Below the pieces are notes generated by a model, which saw only the letters and a program-made list of their open reading frames with translations, did not search any database and was not told the origin of the DNA. From Cetorhinus maximus (lineage: Eukaryota): a stretch of 64,000 nucleotides of DNA. The stretch covers positions 6,014,001-6,078,000 of the forward strand of contig NC_135901.1 of NCBI RefSeq assembly GCF_964194155.1, read 5' to 3'. The position numbers and the translations under genes are program-made. Numbering within the stretch: position 1 is the stretch's first letter; each line of letters starts with the position of its first letter. Shown piece by piece: positions 50,044 to 61,955 of this stretch.

Positions 50044-51024
50044 GTTCAAATTCTGATGATACTTATGATAAATTGGGCGACCTTGTCAAATCCTGATGTG
50101 ATGTTTGGTTTCAGTTTTCAACTGCAAATCCTCACTTTCTAATACCCTGTCAAATCGATCGAAAACAGAAAAAAAGGGAGTTAGAGAGAACCTACAAAAA
50201 CACAAAGGCAGGTTGTGAAATTGAGCTGAATGAATCTGGCAATTTGTGAGGCCGGCACTAGGAAAAAGTGACCATGAAGACTACTGGATTGTCATCAAAA
50301 CCCACTGGTTCATTAATGACCTTCAGGGAAGGGAACCTGCCTCCTGGTCTGGGCCTGCACAAGACTCTGTCCTCTATGGGAGGGGTGAAGGGGAGAGAGA
50401 AAGAGGTGGGAGAGGCAGGAAACTAAGAGGAATTCTTTATATCGATAACTTGGCCAGAACTACAGAACATCCTAAACCCTCAACCCCCACCACCTAGAAG
50501 GACCAGGGTATCAGGTGTATGTGAACACCATCACCTCCAAGTTCCCTTCCAAGTCACAGACCGTCCTGACTTGTCTGACATCCAGTACTGGATGAACAGA
50601 AATTACCTCCACTTAAATATTGGGAAGACTGAAACCATTGTCTTCAGTCCCCACTACAAGCTCCACTCCCTAATCACTGACTCCATCCCTCTCCCTGGCA
50701 ACTGTCTGAGACTGAATCAGACTGTTCATAACCATGGAGTCATCTTTAAAACCGAGTCGAGCTTTCAACTACATACCTGTTACATCCCTGAGACCGCCTA
50801 TTTCCACCTTGTAAACATCGCCCGATTCCATCCTAGTCTCAGCTTATCTGCTGCTGAAACTCTCAACCATTCCTTTATTATCTCGAGATTTAATTATACT
50901 AACACATTCCTGGCCAGCCTCCTACATTCAACCTCTCTGCAATCTTGAGGTCATCCAAAACTGTCCTGCCTGTGCGCTTATTCACACCAAGTCTTGTTCA
51001 CCCATCACTTCTGTCTTTTTAAAA

Positions 51025-51780
51025 AATTCTTTCACAGGGTGTGGGCGTCACTGGCTAGGGCAGCATTTATCACCCATCCCTAATTGCCCTTGAGAAGCTG
51101 GTGGGGAGGTCCAGTTCTCGTTGCAGTCCATGTGGTGTAGGTACATCCACAGTGCTGTTAGGGAGGGAGTTCCAGCGACAGTGAAGGAACGGCGATATAT
51201 TTCCAAGTCAGGATGGTGAGTGACTTGGAGGGGAACTTCCAGGTGGTGGTGTTCCCTTTTATCTGCTGCCCTTGTCCTTCTAGATTGGTAGTGGCCGTGT
51301 GTTCGGAATGTGCTGTCAAAGAATCCTGGTGAATTACTGCCGTGCATTTTGTAGATGGTACACACTGCTGCTGCTGTGCATCAGTGATGGAGGGAGTGAA
51401 TGTTTAAGTGACTGGAGTGCCAGTTAAGTGAGATGCTTTATTCTGATGGTGTTGAGCTTTGAGTGTAGTTGGAGCTGCTCTCATCCAGGCAAGTAGATAT
51501 TCCAATATTCCATCACATCCCTGACTTGTGCCTTGTAGATGGTGGACAGGTTTTGGGGAGTCAGGAGGTAACTTATACTCCACAGAATTCCCAGCCTCTG
51601 ACCTGCCCTTGTCACCCCAGTATTTCTATGGCTAGTCCAGTTCAGTTTCTGGTCAATGGTAACTCCCAGGACGTTGATAGTAGAGGATTGAACGATGGTA
51701 ATGCCATTGAATGTCACAGGGAGATGGTCAGATTCACTGTTGTTAGTGACGGTCATTGCCTGACATTTGTGTGGCATGAA
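51025..51780 (-). mobile_element. LINE ORF2 3' fragment nested in L2
   Basis: PHKCQAMT..INVLGVTIDQKLNWTSH..IYKAQVRDVMEY. Confidence 0.85.
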
Positions 51781-51886
51781 TGTTCACCCTTCAACCCTGT
51801 GCTCACTGACCTACAAAGTCTCCAGGTTAAGAAGCTCCAAAATTTTAAATTTCTCATCCTTGCTTTCAAATCCCTTCATGCTCACA

Positions 51887-52030
51887 GCCTGCCATAACTC
51901 TGTACCCATGGTGACTGTCCGCCATAACTCTGTAACCATGGTATCGGCCTGCCATAACTCTGTAACCATGGTGACTGCCCGACCTAACTCTACAATCATG
52001 GTGACTGCCCGCCATAGCTCTGTAATCTCC
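51887..52030 (+). repeat. 30-bp minisatellite, ~4.5 copies
   Basis: GCCATAACTCTGTAACCATGGTGACTGCCC units. Confidence 0.9.
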
Positions 52031-52719
52031 TCCAACCTCACAAGCTTCCCAGATATCTGTGCTTCTCTAATTCTGACATCCTGAGCTCTCCTGATTTTAA
52101 TTGTTCCATCTTTGGTGACCACATCTTCAGCTGCCAACAGCATAAGCTCTGGGATTTCCTCTCTAAACCCCTCCACATCTCGACCTCACTTTCCTACTTT
52201 AAGGTTATCCTTAAAACTTATCTCTGGTTTTTTTACACCTTTGGTGATCTGCCCTCATATCTCCTTACATGATTCTGTGCCAAATTTTGCTTTATAAAAC
52301 ACCTGTGAAACACCCTGGAAAGGTCTATTACATGAAATGTGTTATATAAATACACATTGTTGTTGTTGTTGATTTGGACATATATTGCTGTTCCTTCATC
52401 ATCGTTGTAACTCCTTACCTCACATCACTATGGGAGCACCTTCACCACATGGACTACAGCAGTTCAAGAAGGTCAAACATCATCTTCTCCACAGGTAACT
52501 GGGGATGGGTAATATCTGCTGCTGGTCTTGTTAATGAAAGGGCAGGAGAGTGGGACGAGCTGATTTGCTCTTGCAGAGAGACAGCACAGGCAGGTCGGGC
52601 TGAATGGCTTCTGTCTGTATTGTAAACATTCAATGATTCAATGATAAAGAAACGACTCTGGAGACCAGGGTCCAGCCTCTGGAACCAATGTCCAGCCTGA
52701 TACAAACCGGCTCTTCATT

Positions 52720-53090
52720 GATCTGGGAGCTGCGGCCCCGCTCGGTGTAAACGAGGGAGGGGGAACCGGTCAGTTTATTTCCGGGGTTTGCGGTTTACAC
52801 AACATGTTTCCGGAGCCTCTCCGTCCACCCGCCGGATCCATCGCTCCCTCCGCCCCGCCATCTCCCCCCCTTTACCCATTATGGACCCGTCTCCCCATCC
52901 CCATTGCCCGCACTGCGCATGCTCCAGTCACTGCGCGGCCCCGCCCCCTCATTCACTCCGATTGGTTGGAGGGCCAGCCGCCCTCGCTGGGTCCTCCAAT
53001 CCCGCCCCCTCTTCCTATTGGCCCGGAGCTGCCGTCAATCACCCGGGCATTGTGACGGTTTCAAACGCTGAGAGCGGCCACAGACTCAGC
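52720..53090 (-). promoter_or_regulatory. CpG-island promoter of the 50-kb ZNF gene
   Basis: Homologous to 20370-20530: ACTGCGCATGCT, GC box, CACTCCGATTGG, GC box, TTCCTATTGG, GCCGTCAATCA.CCGGGCATTGTGA. Confidence 0.75.
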
Positions 53091-53189
53091 CTGACTTGCT
53101 GATTCTTGGCAGCATTTTCTGTTTGGGAATTAGAGCTGGAGATGGATGGTCAGTTCCCCTCTGTCCGGGGGGGATTCTCACGTTTATGT

Positions 53190-54760
53190 TGACCCAGCGA
53201 CAGGATGGTGAGTGACTTGGAGGGGAACTTCCAGGTGGTAAAAGCAAAATACTGTGGATGCTGGAAATCTGAAACAAAAACAGGAAATGCTGGAAAAGCT
53301 CAACAGGTCTAACAGCATCTATAGAGAGAATAAACACACAATTAACATTTCGAGTCTGTACGACTCTCCTACCAGGTGATGGTTTTCCCATATATCTGCT
53401 GCACTTGTCCTTCTAGATGGTACTGGTCATTGGTTTGGAAGGGGCTGTCGAAGGAGCCTTGGTGAATTCCTGCAGTGCATCTTGGAGATACACTGCTCAT
53501 ACTGTGCGTCAGTGGCTAGAGGGGCAGCAAGTTCTGGAGCACCAAGTCTTCAGTACTATTGCCAGAACATTGTCAGGGCCCATAGCCTTTGCAGTATCCA
53601 GTGCTTTCAGCCACTTCTTGACAGCACTTGGAGTGAATTCAATTGGCTGAAGACTGGCATCTGTGATTTTGGGGACCTCCGGAGGAGCCCGAGATGAATC
53701 ATCCACTCGGCACCTCTGGCTGAAGATTGTAGCAAATGTTTCAGCCTCATCTTTTACACTGATGTGCTGAGCTCCTCCATAATTGAGGATGGGGATACTT
53801 GTGAAGCCTCCTCCTCCAGTAAGTTGTTTAATTGTCCACCACCATTCATGACTGGATGCTGCAGGACTGCAGAGCTTGGATCTGGTCCGTTGGTTGTGGG
53901 ATTGCTCAGCCCTGTCTATCACTTGCTGCTTATGCTGTTTGGCACACAAGTAGTCCTGCGTTATAGCTTCAAAAGGTTGAAATCTTACCTTTAGGTATGC
54001 CTGGGGTTGCTCCTGGCATGCCCTCCTGCACTCTTCATTGAACCAGTGTTGGTCCCCTGGTTTGATGGTAATGGTAGAGTGGGGGATTTGCCAGGCCATG
54101 AGGCTACAGATTGTTTTCGAGTGCAATTCTGCTGCTGCTGATGGCCCACAGTGCCTCATGGATGCCCAGTCTTGAGTTGCTAGATCTGTTTGAAATCTAT
54201 CCCATTTAGCACGGTGGTAGTGCCACTGTGGAGGGTATCATCAATGTGAAGGTGGGACTTTTTCTCCATAAGGTCTGTGCGGCAGTCACTCCTACTGATA
54301 TTGTCATGGACAGTTGCATCTGTGGCAGGCAGGTTGGTGAGGATGAGGTCGTGTGTTCTTCCCTCTTCTTGGTTTCCTCACCACCTGCCGCAGACTCAGT
54401 GTAGCAGCTATGTCAGTTAGGTCTCAGTCAGCTCAGTCAGTAGTGGTACTACTGAACCACTCTTAGTGATGGACAATGAAGTCCCCCACCCAGAGTACAT
54501 TCTGCGCCCTTGCCACCCTCAGTGCTTCCTCCAAGTGATGTTGAACATGGAGGAGCACTCATTCATCAGCTGAGGGAGGGTGGTACGTGGTAATCAGCAG
54601 GAGGTTTCCTTGCCCATGTTTGATGCCATGAGACTTCATGGAGTCTGGAGTCAATATAGAGGGCTCTCAGGGCAACTCCCTCTCAGCTGTATACCACTGT
54701 GCTGCCACCTCTGCAGGGCCTGTTCTTCCGGTGGGACAGGACATACCCAGGGGTGGTGAT
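53190..54760 (-). mobile_element. LINE ORF2 fragment (endonuclease-linker-RT start), with Penelope-tail insert 53238-53371
   Basis: ORF 53509..54159 WFNEECRRAC..WWWTIKQLTGGG..LKALDTAKAMGPDN; insert flanked by CCAGGTG duplication. Confidence 0.85.
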
Positions 54761-54829
54761 GTTGGGTGAGGGTGGAGAAGTGGGCAGGGAGAAGTATCAA
54801 ATAAAGTACAAACCTGAGAGTTGGACCGG

Positions 54830-55070
54830 GGTTAATGGGACACCAACTGGAGCGGATGCGGAGCTGGGCGGAGCAGACCAGGTGATCACAATTGGGGGAG
54901 GGGGCGGTGACTGATGTGCGCTCCAACCAATAGGGAGAGGGTGGGTGGAACTGGAGGACAGATTGGGGGTGGGTCTTCCAACCAATGATGGTGCGGCGGG
55001 GGGCAGGGTGTGGTGTGGAGCTCAGGTGCACTGACGCAGGTTGTGAGGCACTGTCCCCAGGTGAGAGCAG
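54830..55070 (+). promoter_or_regulatory. Orphan copy of the ZNF promoter module
   Basis: CCAATAGGGAGAGGGTGGG..GGAGGAC..CCAACCAAT..GC box, the reverse-complement homolog of 52935-53055; donor-like CAG|GTGAGA at ~55060. Confidence 0.55.
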
Positions 55071-55224
55071 CTGAGGCAGCACAGAGCTGCGACTGGAAAC
55101 TGGGGCTGTTCTGGGACAGGGGGCAGAGGGGGAGGGGAATCACAGGCAAAAATAATACAATAATTAAAATGTTTATATATTATTTATTAATTGTAGATAT
55201 ATATAAAAGTGTAAATCGATAAAC

Positions 55225-55850
55225 TTTTAAGAGAATGTGGAACAACAGCAACCTGACCAAGAACCAATCTGTGAGTCTGCCAAGACTGCGTCCTCAGCAC
55301 ATTCCTCGACAGTGGTGAGACCTGGACAACATACGCTGGGCAGGAGAAAAGGCTGAACAGTTTCCACCTTCGCCATCTCAACACGTTTCCTCAGCACATC
55401 CCAGTCATCAACTCGGAGGCCCTGGCACACGCTAATTCCATCAACAGCCACTCATTACAAAGTAAAAGTGCTGGCTCAGCCATGTCCATTGGATAGATGA
55501 TGGCTGTTTACCCAGAGCTCTTCTGTAGGTGAACTGGCCACTGGGTAACATCCTCCGGACATCCAGGTCTCCACTGCAAGGAGGATATGAAGATGGAGGA
55601 CATTGACACTGACAACGGGGAGACAGTTGCCAATGGCTGTGACCTCTGGAGGCTGACTGCTTGGAAGGGCCTTGGAAATGGTGTGAAGAAACGGAAAGCT
55701 CAGCTGGCTGAGATGAGGGCCCAGAGCAAACAGAGGCCATTGAATCCTACACCTTCTCAGCCCACTGCCTTTATCTTCAGCACATGGAGCAGAGGCCTCC
55801 ATGACAGAGTAGGGCCCTCAGCCACACCAGGTTATGCTTAACACAGAGTT
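55225..55850 (+). mobile_element. RTE-clade LINE 3' fragment, decayed
   Basis: Remnants of QDCVLSTFL.SGETWTTY..QEKRLNSFHL, WLSHV and GEL motifs. Confidence 0.7.
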
Positions 55851-55864
55851 CACCACCACAGCAC

Positions 55865-56590
55865 AAACCATCCCTTAACATTCAATGGCATTACCATCGT
55901 TGAATCCCCCAGTCTCAACATCCTGGAGGTTACCATTGACCAGAAACTGAACTGGACTATCCATATAAATACTATGGCTACAAGAGCAGGTCAGAGGCTA
56001 GGAATCGTGCGACGAGTAACTCACCTTCTGACTCCCCAAAGACTGTCCGCCATCTACAAGGCACAAGTCAGGAGTGTGATGGAATACTCCCACTTGCCTG
56101 GATGAGTGCAGCTCTATCAACACTGAAGAAGCTCAACACCATCCAGAATAAAGCAACCTGCTTGATTGGCATCCCATTCACCACCTTAATCATTCATTCC
56201 TTCCACCACTGATGCACAGTAGCAGCAGTGTGTGTTCCATCTACGAGATGCACTGCAGCAACTCACCAAGGCTCCTTTGACAGCACCTTCCAAACCCACG
56301 ACCTCTGCCACCTAGAAGAGCAAGGGCAGTGGACACATGGGAGCACCACCATCTGGAAGTTCCCCTCCAAGCCACTCACTATCCTGACTTGGAAATATAT
56401 CACTGTTCCTTCACTGTCACTGGGTCAAAATCCTGGAACTCCTTCCCTAACAGCACTGTGGGTGTACCTATACCACATGGACTGCAGCGGTTCAACAAGG
56501 CAGCTCACCACCACCACCTTCTCAAGGGAAACTAGGGATGGGCAATAAATGCTGACCCAGCCAGTGAAGCCCATGAAGGAATAAAAAAAA
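55865..56590 (+). mobile_element. LINE 3' fragment
   Basis: Same family as 51025-51780; ends GGGATGGGCAATAAATGCTG..A-rich tail. Confidence 0.85.
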
Positions 56591-56689
56591 ATCATCTCAG
56601 GAGATGGAAGACTGCCAAAGAAAGATAAACACTTTTCAGAACAAGTATTCTGTATCTGTCTTGATGGTTGGAGACACCTAAAGCATCCC

Positions 56690-56962
56690 AAGAATAGTAG
56701 AAAATCAAATGGCTAAAGGGAGGAAGCAACTAGAGAAAAACTACTAGGAAAACTATTGGGAATAAGGGATAACAAGTCTCCTGGACCTGATGGCCTAAGC
56801 GTCTTAAAGGAAGTGGCTACAGAGAAAGTGGATGCGTTGGTTGTAATCTTGCAAAACTCCCTAGATTCTGGAAAGATCACAGCAAATTCGAAAATCAGAA
56901 ATGTAACGCCGTTATTGAAGAGAAGGAAGGAGACAGAAAGCAGGAAAGTATAGACCAGTTAA
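56690..56962 (+). mobile_element. CR1 LINE fragment
   Basis: KSPGPDGL..VLKEVA..QNSLDSG..NVTPL. Confidence 0.8.
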
Positions 56963-56974
56963 GGTGTCTCCTCT

Positions 56975-57728
56975 AGCGGTCTCCTCTACATTGGAGAGAC
57001 CAAACGCAAACTGGGCGACCGCTTTGCCGAACACCTGCGGTCTGTCCGCAAGAAAGACCCAAACCTCCCTGTCGCTTGCCATTTTAACACTCCACCCTGT
57101 TCTCTTGCCCAAATGTCTGTCCTTGGCTTGCTCATTGAGGAACAGCACCTCATCTTCCGACTAGGCACTTTACAGCCTTCCGGGCTGAATATTGAATTCA
57201 ACAACTTTAGATCTTAAACTCCCCCTCCCCCCATCCCCACCCCGTTTCTTCCCCCTCCCTTTTGTTTTTATTTCAATAATTTATAGATTCTTCTTTTCCC
57301 ACCTATTTCCATTATTTTTAAATCTACAACTAATACCTTGTTAGTCTTTCCACCCCACCCCCACTAGAGCTGTACCTTGAGTGTCCTGCCATCCATTCTT
57401 AATTAGCACTTTTCTTAGATAATATCACCACCTTCAACACCTCTTTGATCCTTTTGTCTGTGACATATTTTGATTATCTGCTCCTATCACTGCTTCTTGT
57501 TCCTACAACCACCCCACCCTCAACTTCTCTCCCCCCGCCCCCCCCACCTTAAACCAGCTTATATTTCACCCCTCTCCTAACTATACTTCAGTTCTGTTGA
57601 AGGGTCATGTGGACTCGAAACGTCGACTCTTTTCTTCTCCACCGATGCTGCCAGACCTGCTGAGTTTTTCCAGGTAATTCTGTTTTTGTTTTGGATTTCC
57701 AGCATCCGCAGTAGTTTTTTGTTTTATC
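56975..57728 (+). mobile_element. Penelope-like 3' fragment with hammerhead-like tail (57590-57628)
   Basis: GLLYIGETKRKLGDRFAEHL; tail near-identical to 35040-35520. Confidence 0.9.
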
Positions 57729-58539
57729 TCTGTGGGGCCGGGGCCTGGGCTGGTGACTGACGTGCATCCCGACCAATAGCGAGAGTGCGGGCAAAAGCTG
57801 AAGGACCGAGTGGGCGGCAGGTCCTCCGCTGAGTACTCATTGTGACATCAGCACAGGACGCGTTCTCAGTCCGGAAGCAAAAGCCTGCAGATGCTGCAAA
57901 AGCTGAAATAAAAATCGCGAGTGCTAGAAATGCTCAGCAGGTCTGGCAGCTTCTGCAGGGAGAGAAACAAGGTCAACCTTTCAGCTCCAGAAGTTAGAGA
58001 GGTGGGGTAAAAAACAAAAGAGGGCAGGTCTGTGGAAGGCAGGAGAGATTAATCAGCGAAAGGGATGATGGTGCAAGGCAAAATGAGATGGTGATAAAGA
58101 ACATAGAAAAATTCCCAACACTGGAGAAGGCTTTTCTGTATCTAACCGGTGCTGTACCTGTTCTGGGGAGTTATCGACCTTTATCCTCCACTTAAACAAT
58201 CTCCTGCTATTACATATCCAACTTCCATCAAGCTTAACCCTTCATTTATACCTCCGTAACATCACTCGTCTCCTCCCCCGTCTCAGCTCATCTGCTGCCG
58301 AATATCTCATCCACGCCTTTATCACCTCCAAACTCGACTATTCCGACACCCTCTGGCTGGTCTCCCACATTCTGCCCCCTGTAACCTTGGGTCATCCAAA
58401 ATTCTGTCACCCTATGTCTTAACTCACAGACAGACCCTCCATCTCCACAACCCCCTCCTCTAATTCTGGCCCCCTGTGCATCCCCCATTTCAATCACTGC
58501 ACCATTGGTGGTCGTGCCGAGAAGCCCTAGAATAGACTG

Positions 58540-58800
58540 CAGGGCATGATGGGAGAAGGGCGAGAAACTGGAGAAAGATGTGAGTTCAGGGCTCAGGTAA
58601 GGAGGAACTTTGGAGACAGTTTGGCCCGGTGCACTAGTATAAGGGAGGGAAGCAGCAGAGGCAGCTGATTGGATTGTTTCAATCTTAGTGACAAGGAAAT
58701 TCCATGATCTCCTCATACTTGTTGGAAGGTGAGGATGGAGGAGACGGGGAATGGGAGAAACCTTCGAAAGTAATTAACTTGTGTTAGAAATATTAGAAAG
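58540..58800 (-). mobile_element. L2 fragment of the shared downstream flank
   Basis: Homologous to 1-250 and 6420-6650. Confidence 0.75.
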
Positions 58801-58958
58801 ATTCAACACAATGTATTCAACACAAAGCTGCTTTATTTGACTTTTATCAAAAACATTAGCCTATGTAACTGCGTTGGAAATTATTAACATCAGTAGAAAC
58901 AGACCCAATGAACACGGTTCAGTCCTCTGTGATTTCCAGCAAAATCCAATCACTCTAG

Positions 58959-60080
58959 TTACTTATGAATTCGCCGGTGTCTCATCAGGTTGGATGACTG
59001 TGTGAATCTCTTTCCACACTTGGGGCAGATGAACGGTCTCTCCCCAGTGTGAACTCGCTGATGTGTCAGTAGGGTGGATGACTGAGTGAATCCCTTCCCA
59101 CAGTTGGGACAGGTGAACGGCCTCTCCCCGGTGTGAACTCGCTGGTGTACAGTGAGATCAGATGATGTCTTGAACCCAGTCCCACACTGAGAGCACCTGA
59201 ATGGTCTCTCGTCAGTGTGAATACGTTGATGGCGCATCAGTTCCCCAGAACTCTTAAAACAGTTTCCGCAGTCCAGGCATTTAAAAGGTCTCTTATCAGT
59301 GTGAACACGTTGATGAGACATCAGCTCCCTGGAATTTTTATAGCACTTTCCGCAGTCTGGGCATTTAAAAGGTCTCTTATCGGTGTGAACATTCTGGTGA
59401 TTCAGCAGGGTGGATAACTGAGTGAATCCCTTCCCACAGTCAGAGCAGGTGAAAGGTCTCTCTCCAGTGTGAACTCGCTGGTGTGTCAGCAGGTTGGATG
59501 ACTGAGCGAATCCCTTCCCACAGTCAGAGCAGGTGAATGGCCTCTCGCCTGTGTGAACTCGCTGGTGTTCAGTGAGTTGAGATGACTGTCTGAACCCAGA
59601 CCCACAGTGCAAGCACCTGAATGGTCTCTCGTCCGTGTGAACACGTTGATGGAGCATCAGGTCCCGGGAACTTTTAAAGCACTTCCCACAGTCTGAACAT
59701 TTAAAAGGTCTCTCGTCAGTGTGAACTCGCTGGTGTGTCAGCAAGTCAGATGACCGAGCGAATCCTTTCCCACACTTGGAGCAAGTAAATGGTCTCTCCC
59801 CAGTGTGAACTCGTTGGTGTCTCAACAGGTTGGATGACTGAGTGAATCCCTTCCCACAGTCAGAGCAGGTGAATGGTCTCTCACCTCTGTGAACTCGCTG
59901 GTGTCTCAGCAGACTGGATGACTGAGTGAATCCCTTCCCACATACGGAGCAGGTGAATGGCCTCTCCCCAGTGTGACTGCGTCGATGAGTTTCCAGGTCA
60001 GATGGAAATCTGAATCCCTCCTCACAGTCTCCACATTTCCACAGTTTCTCTCCACTGTGAACGGTGCTTTTTCCTTCCAT
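58959..60080 (-). CDS. C2H2 zinc-finger protein, 13 fingers
   Basis: Intact [25 protein letters not shown]; acceptor ttcacag|GATATTAG at 60191/60190; promoter probably beyond the window end. Confidence 0.93.
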   Translation of the reverse strand: MEGKSTVHSGEKLWKCGDCEEGFRFPSDLETHRRSHTGERPFTCSVCGKGFTQSSSLLRHQRVHRGERPFTCSDCGKGFTQSSNLLRHQRVHTGERPFTCSKCGKGFARSSDLLTHQRVHTDERPFKCSDCGKCFKSSRDLMLHQRVHTDERPFRCLHCGSGFRQSSQLTEHQRVHTGERPFTCSDCGKGFAQSSNLLTHQRVHTGERPFTCSDCGKGFTQLSTLLNHQNVHTDKRPFKCPDCGKCYKNSRELMSHQRVHTDKRPFKCLDCGNCFKSSGELMRHQRIHTDERPFRCSQCGTGFKTSSDLTVHQRVHTGERPFTCPNCGKGFTQSSTLLTHQRVHTGERPFICPKCGKRFTQSSNLMRHRRIHK

Positions 60081-60434
60081 GTTCAAAATCCGATGATATT
60101 CAGGTTACAACAAATTGGGCGACTCTCTCAGATTCTGATGTGATGTTTGGTTTGAGTTTCCTGACTGAAAAATTCTCCCCTTCTAATATCCTGTGAAATT
60201 GATTTAAAACAGAAAAAAAGGGAGTGAGAGAGAACCCACAGAAACACAAAGGCAGGTTGTGAAATTGAACTTAATGATTCTGGTAATTTTTGGGGCCAGA
60301 ACTAGCAAAAAATTACCATGAAAGCTGTTGGATTTTTTGTAAAAACCCAACTGGTTCATTAATGTCCTTCAGGGAAGGGAACCTGCCTCCAGTCTGGGCT
60401 ACACAAGACTCTGGCCTCTATGAGAACACTAGGG

Positions 60435-60782
60435 GAAGGCGGTGGCGTAGTGGTTTTGTCACTGGACTGGTAATCCAGCGATCCAGGGTAATGCTCTGGG
60501 GACCCGGGTTTGAATGCCACCACAGCAGATGGTGAAATTTGAATTCAATAAAAATCTGGAATTAAAAGTCTATTAATGACCGTGAAACCATTGTTGTTTG
60601 TCGTCAAAACCCATCTGGTTCACTAATGCCCTTTAGGGAAGGAAATCTGCTGTCCTTGCCTGGTCTGGCCTACATGTGACTCCACACTCACAATGCGGTT
60701 GACTCCTAAATGCCCTCTGAAGAAGGGATGGGCAATAAATGCTGGGCTAGCCAATTACACCCACATCCAATGAATAAAGAAA
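60435..60782 (+). mobile_element. Full-length tRNA-derived SINE with LINE-derived tail
   Basis: A box TGGCGTAGTGG, B box GGTTTGAATGCC; 3' end GGGATGGGCAATAAATGCTG shared with the LINE at 56535. Confidence 0.8.
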
Positions 60783-61534
60783 AAGAAATAAGAGCAGGAG
60801 TAGACCATAAGCCCCAATGAGCCTGCTCCGCCATTCAACATGATTGTGGTTGATCACAGAATCTTTCCAGTGCAGAAGGAGGCCATTTGGCCCATCGAGT
60901 CTGCACTGGCTTGCTGAAAGAGCATTCTACCTCATCCCACTACCCTGCCTTATCCCCGTAACCTCACACATTCTCTCTCTTCAGGTAGCAATCCAATTTC
61001 CTTTTGAATACCTCGATCGAACCTGCCTCCACCATCCTCTCAGGAAGTTTGTTCCAGACTCCAACCATCCTCTGGGTAAAAAACAAAATTCCTCACATCA
61101 CTTTTACTCCTTTTGCCCATTATTTTGAATGTGTGCCCTCTAGCTCTTGATGCACTCATGAGTGTGGCAACAGTTTCTCACTATTTATTCTGTCCATACC
61201 CCTCTATTAAGTTTCCTCTCAGCCTTCTTTTCTCCAAGGAAAACAGACCCAACCTCTCCAATCTCCCCTCGTAGCTACAGTTCTTCATCCTGGCAATCAA
61301 GAGTTAATTGGCAGGGTGGGGAGGGCAGACAGGAAAGTGGAGTTGATGCCACAATGAGATCAGCCATGATCTTATTAATGGTGGAACAGGCTCAAGGAGC
61401 CAAATGACCTACTCCTGCTCCTAATTCTTGTGATCTTATGAGACAAAGTCCCGTCTTCACACTGAGGATACCGTCCATCATGTTGTGAGGCACTATCACT
61501 ATGCTAAATGAAATAGATTCAGGATGGATCTAGA

Positions 61535-61955
61535 TATAAATGGGCATCCATGAGGTGCTGTAGATCATCAGCAGCAGCAGAATTGTATTCAGCCACAATC
61601 TGTAACCACATGGCCCACATATCCCTTACTCTACCATTACCATCAAGCCAAGGGACCAACCCTGGTTCAACACGAACTGCAGGAGAACATGTCAGAAGCA
61701 GCACCAGGCATTCCTAAAACTGAGATTCCAATCTGGTGACCCTATACCATGAGACTACATGCATTCTAAACAGTGGAAGCAGCATGCTTGAGACAGGGTG
61801 AAGCAATCCCAAAAACAATGGATCAGATCAAAGCTCTGCAGTCCTGCCACATCCAGTCAGGAAAGGTATGGATAATTAAACAACTAACAGGAAGAGTAGG
61901 CTCCACAAACATCACCATTCTCAATGATCCCAGCATATCAGTACAAAAGACTAGG
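61535..61955 (+). mobile_element. LINE ORF2 fragment
   Basis: Homologous to 53750-54190 (reverse complement). Confidence 0.75.

Larger units (their letters stand above)
50570..52370 (+). mobile_element. L2 LINE 3' fragment interrupted by another LINE
   Basis: SDIQYWMNRNYLHLNIGKTE; resumes at ~51780 (TGTTCACCC duplicated). Confidence 0.75.

Noticed and set aside
51887-52030. CRISPR-like 30-bp repeats
   Set aside because: Head-to-tail with no spacers; eukaryotic context.
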